Positions 38,729 to 48,723 of a stretch of DNA of 64,000 nucleotides are shown here, one piece after another; position 1 is the first letter of the stretch, and each line of letters begins with the position of its first letter. The translations under genes were made by a program, and so were the position numbers. The DNA lies in NCBI GenBank assembly GCA_963840035.1, contig CAWIXE010000003.1, positions 192,001 through 256,000 of the forward strand. The letters are read 5' to 3'. The notes under the pieces were generated by a model. The model made no database searches. It was not told where the DNA came from and was given only the letters and a program-made list of their open reading frames with translations. This DNA comes from a candidate division FCPU426 bacterium. GTDB taxonomy: Bacteria > Oederibacteriota > PGYV01 > Palsa-1178.

Positions 38729-38732
38729 TAGA

Positions 38733-38930
38733 CTATTCGTCCCAGCCTACCAGGATCCCTACGGCTACCGTTATGTATCCGCCTATAATAAGGATAGGCG
38801 CCACTGCTCCGGCCCAGTTTGAGGCGTCGGCGTTGACCTTGGTTAATATGAAGTATCCGAGCGCGAGCACCGCGAGTGCCCCGAGTATGATATAAAGGCC
38901 TTTGTTGTTCTTTGGTTTTGCTTCAGCCAT
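38733..38930 (-). CDS. Small two-TM membrane protein (DUF3098-like)
   Basis: 65 aa, AGGAGG-type RBS, APILIIGGY motif. Confidence 0.6.
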   Translation of the reverse strand: MAEAKPKNNKGLYIILGALAVLALGYFILTKVNADASNWAGAVAPILIIGGYITVAVGILVGWDE

Positions 38931-38979
38931 GTCAGTCCTCCTTATGTATATATATCGTCTTCAACGGACTTAAACTATA

Positions 38980-40257
38980 CTATTTTTTGCCAATCCTGTC
39001 AATACCGCCCATGTAGGGCCTTAAGGCCTCCGGGATGATTACTTCCATGTCCTTTGTCTGGTACGCCTCAAGTATGGCGGGGAAAAGCCTTGATGTGGCC
39101 AGTCCTGAGCCGTTTAATGTGTGCACAAAGCGGGTCTTTCCTTCTTTGTCTTTATAGCGGATCCTGGCCCTTCTGGCCTGGAAATCCTCGAAATTGGAGC
39201 ACGATGATGTTTCCCAGAACCTGTCGGCGCCCGGGTGCCATACCTCTATGTCGTAGGTTTTTGCCGACGAGAAGGTCATATCCCCGGTGGATAATAAAAC
39301 CACCCTGTAGGCGAGGTTAAGCTTTTTTAATACTGATTCGGCGTTATCGGTAAGTTTTTCCAGCTCGGCGTATGAATCCTCGGGACGGACGAACTTGACG
39401 AGCTCGACTTTGTTGAACTGGTGCATCCTTACGATGCCTTTCATGTCCTTGCCGTATGAACCCGCTTCTTTTCTGAAGCACGGCGTATATGCCGTGTAGA
39501 AGATGGGGAGGTCTTTGTCCAGGAGTACTTCATCTTTATGTATGTTCGTAACCGGGACTTCGGCGGTAGGAGCAAGGAAATAATCCGGGTCTGTAAGCTT
39601 AAAAGCGTCAGCTTCAAACTTGGGAAGCTGGCCCGTGCCGGTCATGGAGTCCCTGTTAATAAGTATCGGAGGCAATATCTCGGTGTAACCGTTTTCCCTT
39701 GTCTGCACATCGAGCATGAAATTGATTATAGCCCTTTCTAAAAGCGCGCCCAATCCCTTATATATGACAAACCGCGCGCCGGTTACCTTTACAGCCCGTT
39801 TATCGTCAAGTATGTCCAGGTGTTCCGCAATTTCCCAGTGAGGCTTTGGTTTAAAATCGAAAACAGGCTTTACGCCCCACTCGCGCACCAATGTGTTCGC
39901 TTTTTCGTCGTCGCCAACGGGTACGGAATCGTGAGGGATGTTGGGGATGTAAAGCAGTTTCGTGTTAAGCTCAAGGTCGACTTTCGCGAGTTCTTCATCC
40001 AGGACTTTGATCCTGTCGGAAACTATTTTCATTTCCGCTATTATGGAGGACGCGTCTTTGCCTTCTTTTTTAAGCTTCGCGATGTCGCCGGAAACCCTGT
40101 TGTTTTCAGCCTTAAGTTTTTCAACCTCTCCTAACAGTTCGCGCCTGCGTTTATCGAGGCTCATGGCGTCATCCACCAGCGTCAGGTCGACCTTTTTCTT
40201 CTTCAGGCTTTCTTTTACTTTTTCAGGGTTTTCCCTGATGAGTTTAATGTCAAACAT
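38980..40257 (-). CDS. serS: Serine--tRNA ligase
   Basis: N-terminal coiled coil, [36 protein letters not shown]. Confidence 0.98.
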   Translation of the reverse strand: MFDIKLIRENPEKVKESLKKKKVDLTLVDDAMSLDKRRRELLGEVEKLKAENNRVSGDIAKLKKEGKDASSIIAEMKIVSDRIKVLDEELAKVDLELNTKLLYIPNIPHDSVPVGDDEKANTLVREWGVKPVFDFKPKPHWEIAEHLDILDDKRAVKVTGARFVIYKGLGALLERAIINFMLDVQTRENGYTEILPPILINRDSMTGTGQLPKFEADAFKLTDPDYFLAPTAEVPVTNIHKDEVLLDKDLPIFYTAYTPCFRKEAGSYGKDMKGIVRMHQFNKVELVKFVRPEDSYAELEKLTDNAESVLKKLNLAYRVVLLSTGDMTFSSAKTYDIEVWHPGADRFWETSSCSNFEDFQARRARIRYKDKEGKTRFVHTLNGSGLATSRLFPAILEAYQTKDMEVIIPEALRPYMGGIDRIGKK

Positions 40258-40288
40258 GGCATCTCCTAAGTGTTTAAATAATATGAGT

Positions 40289-40316
40289 ATTATAGATTAA
40301 TGGCTGGATTTTTCAA
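40289..40316 (-). promoter_or_regulatory. Putative sigma70 promoter of serS
   Basis: TTGAAA-N16-TATAAT on the minus strand. Confidence 0.55.
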
Positions 40317-40343
40317 GATTTATTTAAGGCGTGCGGGTGAAAG

Positions 40344-40703
40344 TCAGTTGTTCTTTTTTTTATCGCTTGATATCATGCCTTTTAGCATGTTAACAAGCAG
40401 TTTTTTTTCCGGATAGGTGAGTTTTTTTACCATTAGTATTATTGACTTGTCTATTATGGAATCATCCTTGAATATGGTGGTTTCCGGGTCATCAAAAAAA
40501 CGCGACATCGGGAGGCCCATGGCCTGCGCTACTTTATGGAGGGTTACTACGCTGGCGGATTTTTTCCCGGTCTCAATCTGGCTTATGAAATTCTGGCTTA
40601 AATCGGAATACTCGCTTAAGTCTTCCTGCGTCATGTTCATTTTTTTGCGCATGGAGCTAATTTTAAGCCCAAGCCTTACGTTGACCCCGTTGTCCTTGCT
40701 CAT
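40344..40703 (-). CDS. XRE-family HTH transcriptional regulator
   Basis: LGLKISSMR...TQEDLSE...ISQIETG. Confidence 0.88.
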   Translation of the reverse strand: MSKDNGVNVRLGLKISSMRKKMNMTQEDLSEYSDLSQNFISQIETGKKSASVVTLHKVAQAMGLPMSRFFDDPETTIFKDDSIIDKSIILMVKKLTYPEKKLLVNMLKGMISSDKKKNN

Positions 40704-40833
40704 CCAGCCTCCATGCCAGGTACGTCAATAACCGGTTGATGGTGTTAATGTTTATGGGAACAAATAACTATAGCACTTCGGGGTGTTTAATGTAAGTATC
40801 TATAGTTAATAATTAAATTGTAATGACTGTTAA

Positions 40834-40861
40834 TTGACTGCGGGTGAATATTTGGTATAAT
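40834..40861 (+). promoter_or_regulatory. Putative strong sigma70 promoter
   Basis: TTGACT-N16-TATAAT with TG extension. Confidence 0.6.
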
Positions 40862-40887
40862 TCAAGTATAATTAACGGAGGGCGTAA

Positions 40888-41055
40888 ATGGATGAGAAAG
40901 TGAAAGTCATAGAAACCTCAGATGGTAATACAATTGAAGTGATCAGGTATGTATCCTTCGGATATGATGATACTGCTATCGCCGTGTGCGCCAGCGGAAG
41001 TTACCTGAAACGCGCAAATGGCATATATGAATTAATTGCCGGCAAGAACCAATAG
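40888..41055 (+). CDS. Small hypothetical protein (55 aa, absent from the ORF track)
   Basis: GGAGGG RBS; ORF MDEKVKVIETSDGNTIEVIRYVSFGYDDTAIAVCASGSYLKRANGIYELIAGKNQ. Confidence 0.6.
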   Translation: MDEKVKVIETSDGNTIEVIRYVSFGYDDTAIAVCASGSYLKRANGIYELIAGKNQ

Positions 41056-41208
41056 GCAGCGGCTGGAATCTGCATTATATTTGGAAGTCTTTTCTCGCCT
41101 CTATTTTATTTGCTCTAAACCAACCCGCTGTGCGTAAAATCCGTATTGACACAAATCACCCGCGTTGTAATAATACATGTAAGAAGTCATTTATACAGGA
41201 GAGGTTTT

Positions 41209-41865
41209 ATGGTTTTTGACGATAAAGGCACTGTTGTAGACCCCCAGAGCAAGGGCGAGGAAGTTGCCAATTCCATTATCCACGGCCTCGGCGCGGCTTT
41301 AAGCGTGGCGGCGCTGGTCATACTGGTTGTTTTCGCCGCAAGGCAGGGCGACGCTTGGAAGGTGGTGACTTTTTCCATATACGGCGCGTCCCTGGTGTTT
41401 TTATACATGATGTCCACGCTTTCCCATTCATTGACCCGCGGAAAGGTTAAGGAGTTTTTTGAACTCATGGATTTTTCGGCGGTTTACGTGCTTATTGCCG
41501 GGACTTACACGCCCATAATGCTCATATACCTGCGCGGGCCGTGGGGCTGGACTCTTTTCGGGGTCGTATGGGGGCTGGCAATAATAGGCATCCTGTGCAA
41601 GGTGTTTCTCCTGGGCAAGTGGGATTTTTTATCAACTATATTTTACATACTCATGGGCTGGCTGCTGGTTATAGCGTTAAAGCCGCTTCTTGCGAACGCG
41701 CCGGCCGGATTCATGCTGTGGCTTTTAATCGGCGGCCTGTGTTATACTTTTGGGACTATTTTTTACCTTAACAAGAAGATACCGTTTCACCACCCGATAT
41801 GGCATTTGTTTGTCATTGCTGGAAGCGCGAGCCATTTTTTCGGGTTCTTATTTTATGCCATATAG
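41209..41865 (+). CDS. Hemolysin III/PAQR family membrane protein
   Basis: EEVANSIIHG, STLSH, LIAGTYTP, HPIWHLFV..GS..HF. Confidence 0.92.
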   Translation: MVFDDKGTVVDPQSKGEEVANSIIHGLGAALSVAALVILVVFAARQGDAWKVVTFSIYGASLVFLYMMSTLSHSLTRGKVKEFFELMDFSAVYVLIAGTYTPIMLIYLRGPWGWTLFGVVWGLAIIGILCKVFLLGKWDFLSTIFYILMGWLLVIALKPLLANAPAGFMLWLLIGGLCYTFGTIFYLNKKIPFHHPIWHLFVIAGSASHFFGFLFYAI

Positions 41866-41877
41866 GAGGCGGATGTC

Positions 41878-42189
41878 ATGGCGATAATGGAGATTAGTTT
41901 AGTGCCGGTTGGGACTAAGACCACGTCCATCAGCGAATACGCGGTTGACGCGGTCAAACAGCTGGAAGAGCAGGGCATAAAGCATCAGGTCGGGCCAATG
42001 GGGATAATTGCCGAAGCCCCGGTGAGGGAGCTGCTTGAGGCGGCAAACGCCATGCACGAGTCGCTTTTTTTCAGCAGCGACATCCAGAGGGTCGTGACCA
42101 CCATCAGGATAGACGACCGCAGGGACACTGAACACACAATGGAAAGAAAAGTAAAATCAATAAAGGAAAAAGTAAGGTATAAAAAATAG
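41878..42189 (+). CDS. MTH1187/YkoF family thiamine-binding protein
   Basis: EISLVPVG..S.S.Y, GPMG, RVVTTIRIDDR, KVKS. Confidence 0.88.
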   Translation: MAIMEISLVPVGTKTTSISEYAVDAVKQLEEQGIKHQVGPMGIIAEAPVRELLEAANAMHESLFFSSDIQRVVTTIRIDDRRDTEHTMERKVKSIKEKVRYKK

Positions 42190-42197
42190 GAGCGTTT

Positions 42198-43118
42198 ATG
42201 TACATATTCGGGCCCGTGCCGTCGAGAAGGCTGGGGTTATCCCTGGGGATAGACCCTCTGGCCTCCAAGAGCTGCAACTTGAACTGTGTATACTGCGAGC
42301 TTGGCAGGAGCTTTAAGCTTGTCAATGAACGGAAACTTTTTGTGCCGACAGCGGCCATTATTGACGAACTGAAAAAGTTCTTTGCCGCAGGCGGGGAAAC
42401 AGACCATGTGACCATATCGGGCTCGGGAGAGCCTACCCTGGCTTTAAATCTGGGTGAACTCATAGATGAAATTAAGAAAGTCACGGTAAAACCGGTGGCT
42501 GTCATCACCAACGGCGTGCTTTTATCTGACCCGCAGGTAAGGCGCGAGCTATTGAAGGCGGATGTGGTGCTTCCTTCAATGGACGCGTTTACAGAATCCG
42601 CATATATAAAAGTTAACAGGCCTCACGGCTCCATAAAGATGGAACACGTAATAGAAGGCCTGCGCGCATTTGCCGGGGAATATAAAGGCCGGATATGGCT
42701 GGAGATAATGGTCATAAAGGGCATGAATGATTCTGACGCTGACATGCTCGCGGCCAGAAAAGTGCTCGACACGATACCGGGGATAGAAAAGATTCAGATA
42801 AACACAGTAGTCCGTTCCAGGGCCGAGAGTTTTGCCGACCCGGTTAAGGATGAGGCGATGAAACACATGGCGGAAATACTGGGGCCGAGGGCTGAAGTGG
42901 TGGGCAAGTTCACCGGAGGCACGCTTCATACCATGGACGGCGCTGAGGACGCCATGTACGAGGCGCTAAAGCGCAGGCCCATGACCATAAATGACATAGA
43001 AGCATCCATAGGCTTAACCCCGGCAAAGGCGGCAGAATCTTTAGAAAGTCTTTTACGCCGAGGGCTGATTAAAAAGGAAGTTTTTAATGATAAGGAGTTT
43101 TTTAAGATAAAAATATAG
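42198..43118 (+). CDS. Radical SAM protein
   Basis: FGPVPSRRLGLSLG, CNLNCVYC (CxxxCxxC), SGSGEPTL. Confidence 0.92.
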   Translation: MYIFGPVPSRRLGLSLGIDPLASKSCNLNCVYCELGRSFKLVNERKLFVPTAAIIDELKKFFAAGGETDHVTISGSGEPTLALNLGELIDEIKKVTVKPVAVITNGVLLSDPQVRRELLKADVVLPSMDAFTESAYIKVNRPHGSIKMEHVIEGLRAFAGEYKGRIWLEIMVIKGMNDSDADMLAARKVLDTIPGIEKIQINTVVRSRAESFADPVKDEAMKHMAEILGPRAEVVGKFTGGTLHTMDGAEDAMYEALKRRPMTINDIEASIGLTPAKAAESLESLLRRGLIKKEVFNDKEFFKIKI

Positions 43119-43229
43119 TCTCAATAATCTCAGAAGTCTCAGTGATCTCAATAGGGAAGGCTGAAAAACAAAGCGCAGGTTCTGTTTTTACTATTGAGAC
43201 TTCTGAGATCATTGAGATTTCTGAGACTA
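43116..43229. repeat. Intergenic 9-nt-period inverted repeat ([G/A]TCTCANNN family)
   Basis: gtctcaata atctcagaa gtctcagtg atctcaatag ... ctattgagac ttctgagat cattgagat ttctgagac. Confidence 0.9.
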
Positions 43230-43249
43230 AAGGATGGTAATAAGCCCCC

Positions 43250-44101
43250 ATGCGCACCGCACCCGAATGCTACGCCTGCTTTATTAACCAGGCGTTAAAC
43301 GCAGGAACCATGGCAGGAGCCTCGGAAAAACAAATGCTGCGTATCATGCGTGAGGCTGTAAAAGCGGCAGCGTCCCATAAAATCAAGACTCCCCCGCCGT
43401 ATCTCGGAAAAAAAGTGCAGGATATAGTGAAGAAGCTGTCAAAAAACCCCGATCCTTACATAAAATTAAAGCATGAGTATAATCATATAGCCTTAAAACT
43501 CTATCCGGGCCTCCTGGCCGAGGCGCACAGGGGCAAAGACAAGCTTCTTTCCGCCGTGAAGGTTGCCATTACAGGCAACGTGATAGATTTCGGTTCCGGT
43601 TGGAAATTCAACGTTCACGACGAGATAAAGAAAGCTTTCAGCCACAAACCCGGCATATTTGACTACGCTAAGTTTAAGAAAGCCATGAAAAGCGCGAAAC
43701 TTGTGCTGTACATAGCCGATAATGCGGGGGAAACGGCCTTTGACAGGGTGTTAATCGAAACAATGAAAAGCATATATCCTGTAAGGGTTGTCTACGCGGT
43801 AAAGGAAAGCCCCATACTAAACGACACGCTCGTTGAGGATGCGGTATTTGCGGGGCTTGATAAGTGTTCTGAAATAATATCATCCGGGTCGTCTTTGCCG
43901 GGTGTGGCAACAAAGAGCGCGTCAAAAGAATTTTTGCGTATTTACAGGAAGGCTGATATAATTATAGCTAAGGGTATGGGGAACTTCGAGCTTCTTGACA
44001 ATGAAAAGGCGCCCATATTTTTTATGCTGAAGGCCAAGTGCCCCGTTGTAGCCAGGGAACTTGGTGTAAAACTCGGTGATATGGTGCTGAAGGCCTTGTA
44101 A
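43250..44101 (+). CDS. DUF89/ARMT1-like damage-control phosphatase
   Basis: EC..C, DPY..K, GNVIDF, DNAGE..FD, KG.GNFE.L, KAKC. Confidence 0.9.
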   Translation: MRTAPECYACFINQALNAGTMAGASEKQMLRIMREAVKAAASHKIKTPPPYLGKKVQDIVKKLSKNPDPYIKLKHEYNHIALKLYPGLLAEAHRGKDKLLSAVKVAITGNVIDFGSGWKFNVHDEIKKAFSHKPGIFDYAKFKKAMKSAKLVLYIADNAGETAFDRVLIETMKSIYPVRVVYAVKESPILNDTLVEDAVFAGLDKCSEIISSGSSLPGVATKSASKEFLRIYRKADIIIAKGMGNFELLDNEKAPIFFMLKAKCPVVARELGVKLGDMVLKAL

Positions 44102-44106
44102 ACATT

Positions 44107-44140
44107 CGGGCGAGCCACCGGCTCGCCCCTACGAAGGCAA
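44107..44140 (-). repeat. GTAG-type REP element
   Basis: Identical to 30680-30713. Confidence 0.85.
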
Positions 44141-44194
44141 GGGCCGGCGCCTATCCTGTCTGTTGGGAAGATCTTAAAACGAAAAGGCGGGTCT

Positions 44195-45058
44195 ATGAGA
44201 AAAAGTTTTATTTTGGCGATGCTTTGTCTTATGGCTGTTATTCCTGCTGCCGCGAAGGTTAACGTCGTTGTCTCCATCGCGCCGCTTTACAACATCACCA
44301 GGGCCATAGCCGGGGATAGGGCTGACATCATATTGCTGGTGCCTCCGGGCGCGAGCGAGCATACATTTTCACCAAAACCTTCGCTGATTATGGCTCTGGC
44401 AAAAGCTGATGTATTCATCAAAGCCGGAGCGGGCATGGAGTTCTATGCCGATAAGATGGTTTCGGCGGCTTCCAATAAAAAATTGGTTGTCCTTGCCATA
44501 ACCGACGGGGTTAAGCTTTTAGCCGGAGCGGATGAGGATGAAAAAAAATACGGCAACCCGCACATCTGGCTCGACCCGGTGATGGCTGCCGGAATTGCAG
44601 GAAAGATATGCGGCGCGCTCTCCGCGGCGGACCCGGAAGGCAGAAAATTTTATGACGCAAACCTTAAGAACTTCAAATTTAAAATTGGGGCGCTCGACGT
44701 TTACCTGAAAAAGGAAATATCGGGATTTGGCAGAAAAGAGCTTATTACTTTCCACCCGGCATGGGTATACTTTGAGAACAGGTACGGGTTAAAGGCGGTG
44801 GGCGTTATTGAAGCGGTGCCCGGGAGGGAGCCTTCGCCAAAGGACCTGGAACAGATAATAAACGCAGTAAAAAAGTATTCCATAAGGGCTGTTTTTGCCG
44901 AACCGCAGCTGCCGCGCAAGGCCGCCGATGTCATCGCGGCTGAGGCAGGCGTTAAGGTGGTCATACTTGACCCGCTGGGCTCCCCTGATGACGGGCCCGA
45001 CGGATACATAAATTTCATAAAGAAAAATTTCGAAGCCATGAAAGAGGCGATGAAGTGA
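44195..45058 (+). CDS. znuA: Zn/Mn ABC transporter substrate-binding protein
   Basis: PPGASEH, NPHIWLDP, HPAW.YF, EPSP, LDPLG. Confidence 0.85.
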   Translation: MRKSFILAMLCLMAVIPAAAKVNVVVSIAPLYNITRAIAGDRADIILLVPPGASEHTFSPKPSLIMALAKADVFIKAGAGMEFYADKMVSAASNKKLVVLAITDGVKLLAGADEDEKKYGNPHIWLDPVMAAGIAGKICGALSAADPEGRKFYDANLKNFKFKIGALDVYLKKEISGFGRKELITFHPAWVYFENRYGLKAVGVIEAVPGREPSPKDLEQIINAVKKYSIRAVFAEPQLPRKAADVIAAEAGVKVVILDPLGSPDDGPDGYINFIKKNFEAMKEAMK

Positions 45059-45843
45059 GCGAAATAATAGTAAGCTTAAAAAATGTCTTTGCCGGATATG
45101 ACAAGAGGCACGTGGTGGAGGATATTAACCTCGAAATATCAAAGGGGGATTACCTCGGCATCATAGGCCCTAACGGCGGCGGCAAGACAACCGTTTTAAA
45201 ACTCATAGCGGGCATACTGAAGCCGTCTCACGGCGAAGTCAGGGTGTTCGGCAGCGACCCGTGCAGGTTTACAAAATCAGACAGGGGAAAGATTGGATAT
45301 GTGAGGCAGGAAACAAACATTGACACATCATTTCCGGTTTCTGTCCTTGACACGGTGCTCATGGGGTTATACGCCACCATAGGCCCGGCCGCGCCGGTCA
45401 CAAAAGCACACCGCGATAAAGCCATGGAAGCGCTTAAAAAAACAGACATGGACAAATACGCTGAAAGGCACATAGGCGCGCTCTCCGGGGGCCAGAAACA
45501 GAGGGTTTTTATAGCAAGGGGTATTGTGAATAACCCGGAACTGCTCATACTTGACGAACCAACCACGGGTGTTGACGCAAAAAACCAGAACGCGTTTTAC
45601 GCCATGCTTGAGGCATTAAAAAAAGAATACGGCCTTACAATCATAATGGTATCGCACGACATAAGCATGATAGCGGACAAGGTGAATAAAGTCTCATGCG
45701 TTAACCATAAGATACACGTGCACGGTGAGAGCGGTGAAGTGCTTTCAAACGAACAGGCCTGCGAGGTATGCGGGATAGATACGCAGTATGTGTTCCACGG
45801 GAAGAAAGTGCGGATTTTGGATGAGCATAAGAAGTCTCAATGA
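45055..45843 (+). CDS. znuC: Zn/Mn ABC transporter ATP-binding protein
   Basis: GPNGGGKT, LSGGQKQR, LILDEPT, SHD. Confidence 0.85.
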   Translation: MSEIIVSLKNVFAGYDKRHVVEDINLEISKGDYLGIIGPNGGGKTTVLKLIAGILKPSHGEVRVFGSDPCRFTKSDRGKIGYVRQETNIDTSFPVSVLDTVLMGLYATIGPAAPVTKAHRDKAMEALKKTDMDKYAERHIGALSGGQKQRVFIARGIVNNPELLILDEPTTGVDAKNQNAFYAMLEALKKEYGLTIIMVSHDISMIADKVNKVSCVNHKIHVHGESGEVLSNEQACEVCGIDTQYVFHGKKVRILDEHKKSQ

Positions 45844-45908
45844 TCTCAGCAATCTCAGAAGTCTCAATAGGGAAACCGTGGCTGTGACTCTTGAGATCAC
45901 TGAGACTT
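45832..45908. repeat. 9-nt-period inverted repeat, same family as 43116
   Basis: gtctcaatg atctcagca atctcagaa gtctcaatag ... ttgagatcactgagactt; overlaps the znuC stop. Confidence 0.88.
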
Positions 45909-45924
45909 TATTAAAAGGAGTTTT

Positions 45925-46734
45925 ATGACCGACATTTTACACTTCGCTTTTGTGCAGAAAGCCCTCATAGCCGGCGTTTTATCCGGCGTGCTGCTTGCCG
46001 TAATAGGCGTGTATGTGGTGCTTAAGAAGATGTCCTTTATCGGGGACGGCATCGCGCATTCGGCTTTTGGCGGAGTGGCGCTCGGGCTTTTGATCGGGGT
46101 CAATACCACGCTTGCGGCAGTGATATTCGCGTGGATTATCGCCATGATGATAGGTATTTCAAAAAAACATACGAAGACTTCAGAGGATGCCCTGATCGGA
46201 ATTTTCTTCGCTTTTTGCATGGCCCTCGGCGTCATCTTCATCGGCTTTAATAAGGCCTACAATGCCGACATATTTGGTTATCTTTTCGGGGATATACTTG
46301 CCGTCACAAACGCTGACATCTATTCCATCGCCGGGGTAAGCGCGGTTGTGCTTCTGGCGGTATTTGTGTTTTACAAGGACCTGCTGTTTTTTACCTTTGA
46401 TGAGGAAGGGGCGAAGGTTTCAGGGATAAATACGGATTTTATTTATTTTCTGCTGCTGACACTTATTTCGTTTACGATTGTCGTGTCCATAAAGGTGGTG
46501 GGTATAATACTGGCGGTGGCTTTCCTTATAATACCGGCATCCACGGCACTGCTTTTGACCAGGGATTTTAAGAAACTTATCTATATCTCTGTGGTAATCA
46601 GCGTTATATCCACGGTGGCGGGATTCATCTTTTCTTATGTCTTCAACCTTGCGTCAGGGGCTTCCATCGTGGTCTCCGCGACGCTTATCTTCGGGTCAGT
46701 TACCCTGTTTAACGGCGTTAGGAAGGGAAACTGA
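45925..46734 (+). CDS. znuB: Zn/Mn ABC transporter permease
   Basis: GDGIAHSAFGG, YLFGDIL, KVVGIIL. Confidence 0.87.
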   Translation: MTDILHFAFVQKALIAGVLSGVLLAVIGVYVVLKKMSFIGDGIAHSAFGGVALGLLIGVNTTLAAVIFAWIIAMMIGISKKHTKTSEDALIGIFFAFCMALGVIFIGFNKAYNADIFGYLFGDILAVTNADIYSIAGVSAVVLLAVFVFYKDLLFFTFDEEGAKVSGINTDFIYFLLLTLISFTIVVSIKVVGIILAVAFLIIPASTALLLTRDFKKLIYISVVISVISTVAGFIFSYVFNLASGASIVVSATLIFGSVTLFNGVRKGN

Positions 46735-48636
46735 AACCACTTCCATTATTTCGATGTCTGCCGCGTAAATCTTATTTGTGCCGCGGCTGTTATGCGCGGT
46801 ATTGAGCGCGAACATTATCTGTTTTGTCTTTTCCGCAGGCAGGGGGAAGATGAACTCATGGGGCGCGTTGAACCCGCGCTTGCATTCAAGTACGTATAAA
46901 ATATTTCCGTCCTGCATTTTATAACTCACGTCAAGCCTGGTATCGCTCGGCCAGTTTGCAACCACTCGCAGGTATTCCATATCCTTTGCGGAGTATTCCC
47001 AGTCAAAATTCATGTTAAGGTCCGTATGCTGTATGAAAAAATGGTAGCCGTTTGTCTTAACCGGGTCAGAAAATGCAAGCCGGACGCCTGTTTTACCAAG
47101 CGGCCCGACATTGGGTTTGGTGTCGCGGAAAAGAGGGCCCGGATGCCACTTTGAGCTGTCCTGCGGGTTTACATCGAAAATCTTTTTATATTTATAGGTT
47201 GAAAGCATGGTGTTTTCCGCGATGATTATGGAAGGCCTGTCGTCATATTCGGAATTTATGACCGCAATCACCCTTCCATATCCGGCCGGTATCCTGTCGT
47301 TTGGTTTCCCGGCCAGGGAGCTTACGGCGTAATATTTATAGCCTATGAGTTTATCAAGCACCAGCGCAGTGCCGCAGTATGTGGCGTCCCTCGAAGGGTC
47401 GACAAGCGAAGGGTTGCCGTTAACCGCCGGGTCATAATCTGATAATGGCGGGCCGAACATGCTGTAGATTAAGGATTCGCCGGGCGGTATGTGTTTTTCT
47501 ATCCAGTATTTGGCCAGCAGCCTCGTATCTGTGGTCGTATGTTCGGCAAGTAATGCCGATATGTTCATGAAGTTTGAAAGCGGGGCGACAAGGGCCAGCA
47601 CAAACATCAGTTTCAGCTTCTCTTTTGTTATTTTTGAAAGGAAGATGCCGCCTGCCACGCATAGCATGGCAAGGGACATCCAGGCGTACTGGTTGAAATT
47701 TACGCGTACGGAGAAAAGGAATAGGAGCGCCGGCCACAGCGCGGAGGTAAGCACGAGGTTTTCTTTTGGTTTTTTAACGGTTATATAAAAAAGCCCCGCA
47801 AAACATATTAATGCCGACAGCGGGCCCAGGCCCTTAGTAAAAAAATACTGTATGAAGAAAGTGTTAAAGTGGAAGCCTCCGCCTAAGACCTGGTTGGACA
47901 CGTTTGATTTAAATGTGTCTATCACGCGCGGAAAACTGGAGGCCACGGGAAGCAGGGATAATATGACGGCAAGAAGGCTTATGCCGGCGGCGGAGAGCAC
48001 GGTTTTTTCACGGCCCTTAAAAACGCCGAACAAAGCGATGGCCAGCGGGATGAAGACAACCGCGGTGTTGTACTTGAAAAGGAAGGCGGACAGCGAGAAG
48101 AAGCAGGCGGCAAGGATATTTTTAAATGAAGGTTTACCCGGGATCCGGGCTATGAAGACAAGGGCGAGCAGGGTGAACATTATCATGCCTGAGTCGGGCT
48201 TGATAAGGCATGATGATTCCAGCATCCCGTACGACCCGGCGCTTAACAGCGCGGCGCAAAGTCCGGCAGCCCGGCCGGCAAGCGAGGAAGCAAGGATATA
48301 GGTCAGGATAATCGAGGCTATTGAAAATGAAAATGAAAGCAGCCTGTCCGCCAGGTAAAAGTCGCGCGGCTCCAGGTCCTGCCGGTCTTTTTTTGTAAAA
48401 CCAGGCAGAAACACGGCATAGTCTATGGCTGTATATGCAAATATCGAATAGTAAGGGTATAGGTAAACCCTGGGGTCCAGACGGCCATATTTGACATTCT
48501 CAAAGCCGGCGTTGCATATGGAATACTCATCCGGGTGGAAAAGGTAGGGAAGGCCTGTGGTTATCATGGGCGAGCGAAGTAAGCCCGCGGCCACGCAGAT
48601 GACGAAAAGTATGATGACGGCTGTTTTCTTGGTCAT
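46696..48636 (-). CDS. GT-C glycosyltransferase (family 39/ArnT/PMT-like)
   Basis: GLP..FHPDE, many TM helices, IKPD, KYN, DTR..A..WI...IPPG. Confidence 0.75.
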   Translation of the reverse strand: MTKKTAVIILFVICVAAGLLRSPMITTGLPYLFHPDEYSICNAGFENVKYGRLDPRVYLYPYYSIFAYTAIDYAVFLPGFTKKDRQDLEPRDFYLADRLLSFSFSIASIILTYILASSLAGRAAGLCAALLSAGSYGMLESSCLIKPDSGMIMFTLLALVFIARIPGKPSFKNILAACFFSLSAFLFKYNTAVVFIPLAIALFGVFKGREKTVLSAAGISLLAVILSLLPVASSFPRVIDTFKSNVSNQVLGGGFHFNTFFIQYFFTKGLGPLSALICFAGLFYITVKKPKENLVLTSALWPALLFLFSVRVNFNQYAWMSLAMLCVAGGIFLSKITKEKLKLMFVLALVAPLSNFMNISALLAEHTTTDTRLLAKYWIEKHIPPGESLIYSMFGPPLSDYDPAVNGNPSLVDPSRDATYCGTALVLDKLIGYKYYAVSSLAGKPNDRIPAGYGRVIAVINSEYDDRPSIIIAENTMLSTYKYKKIFDVNPQDSSKWHPGPLFRDTKPNVGPLGKTGVRLAFSDPVKTNGYHFFIQHTDLNMNFDWEYSAKDMEYLRVVANWPSDTRLDVSYKMQDGNILYVLECKRGFNAPHEFIFPLPAEKTKQIMFALNTAHNSRGTNKIYAADIEIMEVVSVSLPNAVKQGN

Positions 48637-48661
48637 GTTACCCCTTCATTAATTTTGTTCT

Positions 48662-48723
48662 GGTAGCCGCAGCCTTTAGGCTGCGCAGGGCCGGCCTTTC
48701 GCAACCTGAAAGTTGCGGCTACC
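48662..48723. repeat. REPIN (two inverted GTAGCCGCA REPs)
   Basis: ggtagccgcagcctttaggctgcg ... cgcaacctgaaagttgcggctacc; supplies the TAG stop of terC. Confidence 0.85.

Noticed and set aside
40258..40343. T-box leader for serS
   Set aside because: The leader is too short and has no T-box consensus.
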